From Candidatus Cloacimonadales bacterium (GTDB lineage: Bacteria > Cloacimonadota > Cloacimonadia > Cloacimonadales > JAIOQZ01), in NCBI GenBank assembly GCA_963674825.1, contig OY771587.1, positions 2,144,001-2,208,000 of the forward strand: DNA of 64,000 nucleotides, in the 5' to 3' direction. Position 1 is the stretch's first letter. Every line of letters begins with the position of its first letter. The notes under the pieces are model-generated. The model did no database searches, had not been told where the DNA came from, and worked only from the letters and a program-made list of their open reading frames with translations. The position numbers were made by a program, and so were the translations under genes. Shown one piece after another: positions 57,905 to 64,000 of this stretch.

Positions 57905-60160
57905 ATGGAGCATGTAACCATCGCGCTGGCCGGAAACCCGAATTCGGGTAAGACAACGCTATTCAACGCACTTACGGGCGCAAAGCAGCGCATCGGGAAC
58001 TGGCCGGGTGTTACGGTTGAGCACAAGGAAGGCTCCTACCAGGAAGACGGTATTCGCATTGATGTGATCGATCTACCGGGAATTTATTCTTTCTCGGCTT
58101 GGTCAGTTGACGAAAAAGTTTCTCGCGAATATATCCTCTATCAGAAGCCGGACGTTGTGGTGAACATCATCGACGCCTCTAATCTGGAGCGAAACCTCTA
58201 CCTGACCACTCAGTTGCTGGAAATCAAGGCACCGGTTGTTGTAGCGCTTAACATGCTCGACGTGGTGCAGAAACAGAAAATTCGCATTGAGATCGATCAT
58301 CTCGAGCAGCATCTCGGCTGCCCGGTGGTGCCGATGGTGGCCAGCCGGAAAGAGGGTCTGGATGCGCTGAAACAGAAGATCCTGGAGATTGCGAAGAGCC
58401 GACAGATTTCACCTACGCGTGTAGCATACGATTCAGTTGTTGAATCAGCCCTTGGCGATCTGGAAAAACAGGTCGAGCCTGTCGCGCAGGAGCAGAAAGT
58501 CAATCCTCGCTGGCTGGCGATCAAGCTTCTGGAGAGGGATCCGATCGCGAAGGAGATCACGGAAGGAAGATTTGACCAGAACACCGAGCAACACGCAGCG
58601 AAGATTGAAAAGCATGTGGGCGACAGCATCGAGATCGTTATCGCGGATGGCCGTTACGGATTCATTCATGGCTTGGTAAAAGATGTTACTCACCGCGACT
58701 TCGAGTTCAGAAAGACAGTTTCGGACAGCATCGACCGCGTGATTCTTAACCGCATTCTGGGTATCCCGATTTTTCTGGCGGTGATGTATCTCCTCTTTTT
58801 CATGACCATTAACCTGGGCAATCCGTTTATCTACTTCTTCGACCGGTTGTTTGGAGCGATTTTCGTCGACGGCTTCGCTACTGTATTGGAATCGTTCGGC
58901 ACGCCTGCATGGCTGACGATGTTCTTGGCAAAAGGGCTCGGAGAAGGCATCCGCGTGGTGTCCACCTTCATACCGCCCATCTTCTTCATTTTCCTGTTCC
59001 TTTCGTTCCTGGAAGACTCCGGCTACATGGCGCGCGCGGCGTTTGTGATGGATCGTTTCATGCGTGTGATCGGGCTGCCCGGTAAGGCCTTCATCCCCAT
59101 GTTGATCGGCTTTGGTTGTAACGTCCCCGCCATCATGGCGACCCGTACACTGGAAAACCACCGCGACCGTATTCTTACAGTTCTGGTCAACCCGCTGATG
59201 TCCTGTGGCGCACGCATTCCGGTTTATGTGCTGTTCGCGACCATCTTCTTCCCGCAGCACGGCGGAACGCTGATTTTCGGCCTCTATATGACCGGCATTC
59301 TGCTGGCGATTATCTCCGGTCTCCTCTTCAAACGCACGTTACTTCGCGGCGAGACCTCTACTTTCGTGATGGAGCTGCCGCCGTATCATATCCCCACATT
59401 CAACGGGGTCATGCTGCACACCTGGATTAGGCTCAAGTCGTTTATATTCCGCGCCGGGCGTCTGATTATGATCTTCATTATTCTGCTCAGCATCCTCGGT
59501 TCACTGGGAACGGATGGCAAGCTAAAGGGCGAGTTTTCGGAAGACTCGGTTCTTACCGCGATCGGGAAGTTCATCGCGCCGGTGTTCCGTCCCATGGGAG
59601 TACAAAAGGACAACTGGGAAGCAGCTGTTGGCTTGTTTACGGGTATCTTCTCCAAGGAAGCGGTAGTGGGTACGCTTAACGCGCTCTACGCTCGAGTTGA
59701 TAGCGGCCAGGAAGGAGCCGGATTCGATTTCTGGGGAGAAGTGGGGACGTCGTTTCGCCAGCTTCCAGTGGATCTCTACGACGCGCTTCGCTCATTCACC
59801 GATCCTCTGGGAATCTCCTCCGAGCTGAAAGAATCAAAAGCAGATGAATCGCTGGGAGAGGTCTTTAGGCAGAAGTTCCCCGATCCGATGTCGGTGATCG
59901 CGTATCTTCTGTTTATTCTGATTTATACGCCCTGTATCGCAGCCATTGCCGCGACCTATCGCGAGACGAACGCCGGATGGGCAATCTTTTCGGTGGTGTA
60001 TCTGACCGGTCTGGCCTGGATTATCGCAACGTTGTTCTATCAGGTCTCCAGCTTTGCCATGCATCCGGGGACGTCGGCTATCTGGATCGGAAGCCTGGTC
60101 GCTGTGCTGGTGGGATTTTACGTGGCACTCAAGTTATGGAGAGCCCCCGAAGCCATATGA
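57905..60160 (+). CDS. feoB: Ferrous iron transporter FeoB
   Basis: GNPNSGKTT, GNWPGVTVE, DLPGIYS, NMLD; LEDSGYMARAA, GFGCNVPA, FVMELPPY, YTPC. Confidence 0.95.
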   Translation: MEHVTIALAGNPNSGKTTLFNALTGAKQRIGNWPGVTVEHKEGSYQEDGIRIDVIDLPGIYSFSAWSVDEKVSREYILYQKPDVVVNIIDASNLERNLYLTTQLLEIKAPVVVALNMLDVVQKQKIRIEIDHLEQHLGCPVVPMVASRKEGLDALKQKILEIAKSRQISPTRVAYDSVVESALGDLEKQVEPVAQEQKVNPRWLAIKLLERDPIAKEITEGRFDQNTEQHAAKIEKHVGDSIEIVIADGRYGFIHGLVKDVTHRDFEFRKTVSDSIDRVILNRILGIPIFLAVMYLLFFMTINLGNPFIYFFDRLFGAIFVDGFATVLESFGTPAWLTMFLAKGLGEGIRVVSTFIPPIFFIFLFLSFLEDSGYMARAAFVMDRFMRVIGLPGKAFIPMLIGFGCNVPAIMATRTLENHRDRILTVLVNPLMSCGARIPVYVLFATIFFPQHGGTLIFGLYMTGILLAIISGLLFKRTLLRGETSTFVMELPPYHIPTFNGVMLHTWIRLKSFIFRAGRLIMIFIILLSILGSLGTDGKLKGEFSEDSVLTAIGKFIAPVFRPMGVQKDNWEAAVGLFTGIFSKEAVVGTLNALYARVDSGQEGAGFDFWGEVGTSFRQLPVDLYDALRSFTDPLGISSELKESKADESLGEVFRQKFPDPMSVIAYLLFILIYTPCIAAIAATYRETNAGWAIFSVVYLTGLAWIIATLFYQVSSFAMHPGTSAIWIGSLVAVLVGFYVALKLWRAPEAI

Positions 60161-60296
60161 CCCTTTGATACGATTCGCTACGCGGGGTGGCTCAGTCTAC
60201 GAGTCTTACTTCCGAGAGTCCGAACTTGCGCGTAGCTATGCGTGGTCATTTGAATGTTAGATGATTTTTTCAGATCGAGGCTGCATTCTCCATTAC
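60133..60296 (-). ncRNA. Candidate rod-shaped structured RNA (6S-like?) overlapping the feoB 3' end
   Basis: Nested inverted repeats spanning ~160 nt with an asymmetric internal bubble; G-U pairs favour the minus strand. Confidence 0.35.
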
Positions 60297-60396
60297 ATTC
60301 ATATTCTTCAGTTCACCCGGAGATTTTCCTTTACACGCATGCACAGTTACCTATTTTAATACCGAAAATCAATAGAAGTCGATACAGGAGGAAGCT

Positions 60397-63300
60397 ATGA
60401 GTCAACAGGGCTACTATCATTATCCGGATGTCAGAAAGAATTTTATTGTGTTCGTCAGCGAGGACGATATCTGGCGCGTACCACTTCGTGGAGGCATTGC
60501 TCGACGCCTGACCGCGAATTTTTCAACAGTGGTGAAACCGAAGATATCCCCCAACGGACGTCATATCGTATTCACAGCCTATGAAGAGGGCCATACCGAG
60601 CTTTACCTGATGGACGCGAAGGGTGGAGAACCAACTCGTCTGACATATTTCGGAGCCTACTTATGGCCGCTTGGATGGACGCCGGATTCGAAGGAAATCC
60701 TGTTTGTCAGCAATTTCAATCAGGCTTTCGAAAGCAGTATCTACAAGATTGGCCTCAAGGGTGGTGAACCTGAGTTGGTGAAAGTTGGCTACGCCAGCGA
60801 CATAAGCAACGGCGAAAAGGGAGTCGTGATTGGCCGTCATACGCGTGACGCAGCACGCTGGAAACGCTATAGAGGCGGCACGGCAGGCGAATTCTGGATC
60901 GATCTAGAAGGCAATGGCGATTTCAAGCCGTTCCTCAAGGATATCTCGAATAAAACCAATCCAATGTGGATCGGCGACCGCATTTATTTTCTGTCCGACC
61001 ATGAAGGGATTTCTAATATCTACTCGGTTACTCCGAAAGGTAAGGACATCAAGCGCCATACCGATCAGCGCGAGTTCTTCGCGCGCAATGCCAGCACAGA
61101 TGGTAAAAATATTGTCTATCAGGCTGGTGGAGACCTCTTTATCTACGATATCGAGGCCGATACGGAGACGAAACTCAAGATCGAGTACCACAGCAGCCGC
61201 ACGCAGGTGCAGCGCAAGTATGTGAGCGCAAGCCGCTATCTGCAGTACTTCGATCTGAGCAAGGAAGGCACTCACATGGTTACCGTCGTGCGAGGTAAGG
61301 TGCAGTCGTTTGCCAACTGGTCCGGCCCGGTGCGTCGCTGGGGTGAGAACTGGCAGGCACGCTACCGGATGCCGAGATGGCTGAACGATGGTAAGCGCTT
61401 CGTGGTAGTTTCCGACGAACTGGATGGCGAGGACAGGCTCCTCGTCGTCGATACGGAGAAGGGCAAAGAAAAGCTTCTGGATAAGCTCAACCTGGGGCGT
61501 ATCCATGGTATCAGTACCGCACCCAAGGGTGAACTGATCATGGTGACCAATCATCGCAACGAGATGATCAAGGTGGATGTCAAAGCTGAGACGGCGGATG
61601 TGCTCGACTGCAGCGATTTCGTCCGTATTGATTTGGGATCATGGAGTCCGGACGCACGGTGGTTCTCATACTCGTATTTCAATACACAGCAGACAGCGTT
61701 GATCCGTATTATCGAGGTCGAGACCGGCGAAATCCACGATGTATCCAATCCATTACGGTATGATTATGATCCCGCATTTTCACCGGATGGCCGCTATCTT
61801 TATTTTCTTGGACATCGCGAGTTCATTCCGATTTACGACTCCGTGCAATTCGAGCTGAGTTTCATGAAATCGACGAAAATCCTGTGCATTCCACTTCAAA
61901 AAGAGACGCCATCGCCATTCGTTCCTGTCCCGCATGGACCGGGAATACCGGATACGAAAAGTGGCAAAAACGGCAAGAACGGAAAAGATAAGAAGGACGA
62001 CGAGCTCAAGGTCGAGATTGATTTCGACGGTATCACCGAAAGAACGGTTGCATGTCCGTTAGCGCCGGGCGAATACGGTATTCTTAACGTGCTCGATAAA
62101 AAACTCATCTTTGAGGAAGCTCCGCGAGATGGCCTGCCGATAGATTACAGCAGTAATAATGACGGTAAATCGAGATACATGTTGAAGGTGTACGATCTGG
62201 AGAAATTGCAGGAAGATACAATTCTTACCGGTCTCGACGACTATTGTATTTCCCTTGATAGCAAGGGTATGGCCGTGCATATGGATGGCGAGCTGATCGT
62301 TCTCAAGCCAGGTGACAAGCCCAATACAAAAGCTAAGAATCCTTATTCGGTAGAAGGCGGCAAGATTGATATGAATCGCATACGTACGCTGATTTCGCCT
62401 TACGAAGAATGGCATCAGATGTACCGCGAAGCCTGGTTGCTTCAGCGCGAGCATTTTTGGACGCCGAATATGAGCGGTGTCGATTGGAATCTCATCTACA
62501 ACCGCTATCTTCCACTTCTTGAGCGCATCGGATCCCGTCACGAGTTCTCTGACATCGTCTGGGAGATGCAGGGAGAATTGGGGACGTCACACTGCTATGA
62601 GTTCGGTGGTGATTACCGCAAGGTTCCGCGTTATTACATCGGCAAGCTGGGCTGTACTTACAAGCTTGCACCTTCGGGACGATACTATCTGATCGATACG
62701 ATTATCCGCTCCGGTTCGAACACGGCGAACGAAGCTTCTCCGCTGGTTCAGCCGGGCGTGAATGTCGAAGAAGGCGATCAACTTCTGGCTATCAACGGCA
62801 TGAAGGTCGATCGCAATCGATCCCCGCGCGAATGCCTCCTCAACCTGGGCGGACAGGAAGTAACCCTAACCGTCCGCAAGCCGGGAGAACGCAAGACGCG
62901 CGATGTGGTCGTCAAAACTATGATGAACCAAAACAGCTTGTTCTATCGTGCGTGGGTCGAGAGCAATCGTCGCTATGTGCATGAGAAGAGTGGTGGCAAG
63001 GTCGGATACGTGCATGTGCCGGATATGGGTACGGACGGATTCTCCGAGTTCCACAGACTTTTCCTCACCGAAAGCCGGTTTGACGCGCTACTCGTCGATG
63101 TGCGCTACAATGGTGGTGGACACGTTTCGCCGCTTCTGCTCGAGAAGATCAAGCGCACGCCAAACGCATGGGTCGCGACGCGTTGGTCGAAACAACCGGA
63201 GGCCTATCCGGACTGCGCTGTCGCAGGTCCGAAGTGTGCCCTGACAAACGAATACGCCGGCTCCGATGGCGATATCTTCAGCCATTCGTTCAAGATGATG

Positions 63301-63624
63301 GGAATCGGAAAGTTGCTTGGCAAGCGCACCTGGGGTGGTGTGGTTGGAATCAACAGCCAATACTCGCTTGCTGATGGCGCTGTAACGACACAGCCCGAAT
63401 ATTCGTTCTGGTTTAAGGACGTCGGTTGGGGCGTGGAAAACTACGGTACCGACCCCGATATCGAGATCGATATCAAGCCGCAGGATTATGTCGCAGGAAA
63501 GGACCCGCAACTGGATGGCGCGATCGAACATTTATTGGACGAGATGAAGAAGAATCCAGTATTCCGTCCACAGCTCGACAAGCGTCCCGATCTGTCGTTA
63601 CCCAAGATTCCACCAAGAAAATAA
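60397..63624 (+). CDS. Tricorn protease homolog (S41 family)
   Basis: N-terminal propellers (IVFVSEDDIW, WKRYRGG), GELGTSH, PDZ, GYVHVPDM, DVRYNGGG, AGSDGD, GKRTWGG. Confidence 0.93.
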   Translation: MSQQGYYHYPDVRKNFIVFVSEDDIWRVPLRGGIARRLTANFSTVVKPKISPNGRHIVFTAYEEGHTELYLMDAKGGEPTRLTYFGAYLWPLGWTPDSKEILFVSNFNQAFESSIYKIGLKGGEPELVKVGYASDISNGEKGVVIGRHTRDAARWKRYRGGTAGEFWIDLEGNGDFKPFLKDISNKTNPMWIGDRIYFLSDHEGISNIYSVTPKGKDIKRHTDQREFFARNASTDGKNIVYQAGGDLFIYDIEADTETKLKIEYHSSRTQVQRKYVSASRYLQYFDLSKEGTHMVTVVRGKVQSFANWSGPVRRWGENWQARYRMPRWLNDGKRFVVVSDELDGEDRLLVVDTEKGKEKLLDKLNLGRIHGISTAPKGELIMVTNHRNEMIKVDVKAETADVLDCSDFVRIDLGSWSPDARWFSYSYFNTQQTALIRIIEVETGEIHDVSNPLRYDYDPAFSPDGRYLYFLGHREFIPIYDSVQFELSFMKSTKILCIPLQKETPSPFVPVPHGPGIPDTKSGKNGKNGKDKKDDELKVEIDFDGITERTVACPLAPGEYGILNVLDKKLIFEEAPRDGLPIDYSSNNDGKSRYMLKVYDLEKLQEDTILTGLDDYCISLDSKGMAVHMDGELIVLKPGDKPNTKAKNPYSVEGGKIDMNRIRTLISPYEEWHQMYREAWLLQREHFWTPNMSGVDWNLIYNRYLPLLERIGSRHEFSDIVWEMQGELGTSHCYEFGGDYRKVPRYYIGKLGCTYKLAPSGRYYLIDTIIRSGSNTANEASPLVQPGVNVEEGDQLLAINGMKVDRNRSPRECLLNLGGQEVTLTVRKPGERKTRDVVVKTMMNQNSLFYRAWVESNRRYVHEKSGGKVGYVHVPDMGTDGFSEFHRLFLTESRFDALLVDVRYNGGGHVSPLLLEKIKRTPNAWVATRWSKQPEAYPDCAVAGPKCALTNEYAGSDGDIFSHSFKMMGIGKLLGKRTWGGVVGINSQYSLADGAVTTQPEYSFWFKDVGWGVENYGTDPDIEIDIKPQDYVAGKDPQLDGAIEHLLDEMKKNPVFRPQLDKRPDLSLPKIPPRK

Positions 63625-63642
63625 ACTATACGGAGGAATACA

Positions 63643-64000
63643 ATGTATAAACTCGTACTTTTGCGTCATGGCGAAAGTGTATGGAACAAAGAGAACCGTT
63701 TCACCGGATGGACCGATGTCGATCTTTCGGAGAAGGGCCTAACCGAAGCACACGCTGCCGGTAAGCTGCTCCGCGAAGAGGGCTTTGCCTTCGATATCGC
63801 TTACACGTCGGTTCTCAAACGGGCGATTCGCACCCTGTGGATCACGCTGGACGAAATGGATCTGATGTGGATCCCGGTGATCCGCAACTGGCGGCTGAAC
63901 GAGCGTCATTATGGCGACTTGCAGGGCTACAACAAAGCCGAGATGGCTGCGAAGGTCGGTGACGACCAGGTGCTTGTCTGGCGGCGCAGCTACGATATTC
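63643..64000 (+). CDS. gpmA: 2,3-bisphosphoglycerate-dependent phosphoglycerate mutase (partial; not in ORF track)
   Basis: [28 protein letters not shown]...LNERHYG.LQG...WRRSYD; GGAGG RBS. Confidence 0.93.
   Translation, partial: MYKLVLLRHGESVWNKENRFTGWTDVDLSEKGLTEAHAAGKLLREEGFAFDIAYTSVLKRAIRTLWITLDEMDLMWIPVIRNWRLNERHYGDLQGYNKAEMAAKVGDDQVLVWRRSYDI

Noticed and set aside
60170..60250. tRNA or SRP RNA
   Set aside because: No cloverleaf or T-loop consensus and no SRP domain IV consensus; retained only as an unassigned structured RNA candidate.

Overview
Ordinary chromosomal DNA (roughly 50% GC) of an anaerobic diderm bacterium. The many signal-peptide proteins ending in a (N)YPNPFNPxTxIxF...YNIKGQ...SGVY...KMLL(L/M)K domain, together with a gingipain and [FeFe]-hydrogenase maturases, suggest Cloacimonadota or another FCB-group lineage (inference). 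Fourteen genes carry this T9SS-type-A/FlgD-Ig-like C-terminal domain, seven of them consecutively at 1-12040; their cargoes are beta-helix, GLUG, FG-GAP, LVIVD, M28 peptidase, C25 gingipain, cyclophilin and NodB-like domains. Also present: queH operon, tldE/tldD, several two-component proteins (two with a histidine-kinase DHp helix pair but no ATPase domain), a TM1266-hydG-aspA-hydE-hydF operon, CIRCE-controlled hsp20, rocD, Fur-boxed feoB, tricorn protease and the start of gpmA. No rRNA, tRNA, CRISPR array, transposase or prophage gene was recognised. Best candidates for something undescribed: (1) a riboswitch-like leader with an SD-sequestering hairpin and competing pseudoknot before the hyd maturation operon; (2) a ~160-nt rod-shaped RNA candidate overlapping the feoB 3' end; (3) a REP-like palindrome inside a coding sequence, in frame; (4) modular shuffling of the secreted-protein array; (5) a shared ATPase-less DHp output module; (6) 35-bp-period repeats followed by a terminator. 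All family assignments are from motif recognition by eye; no database searches were run.
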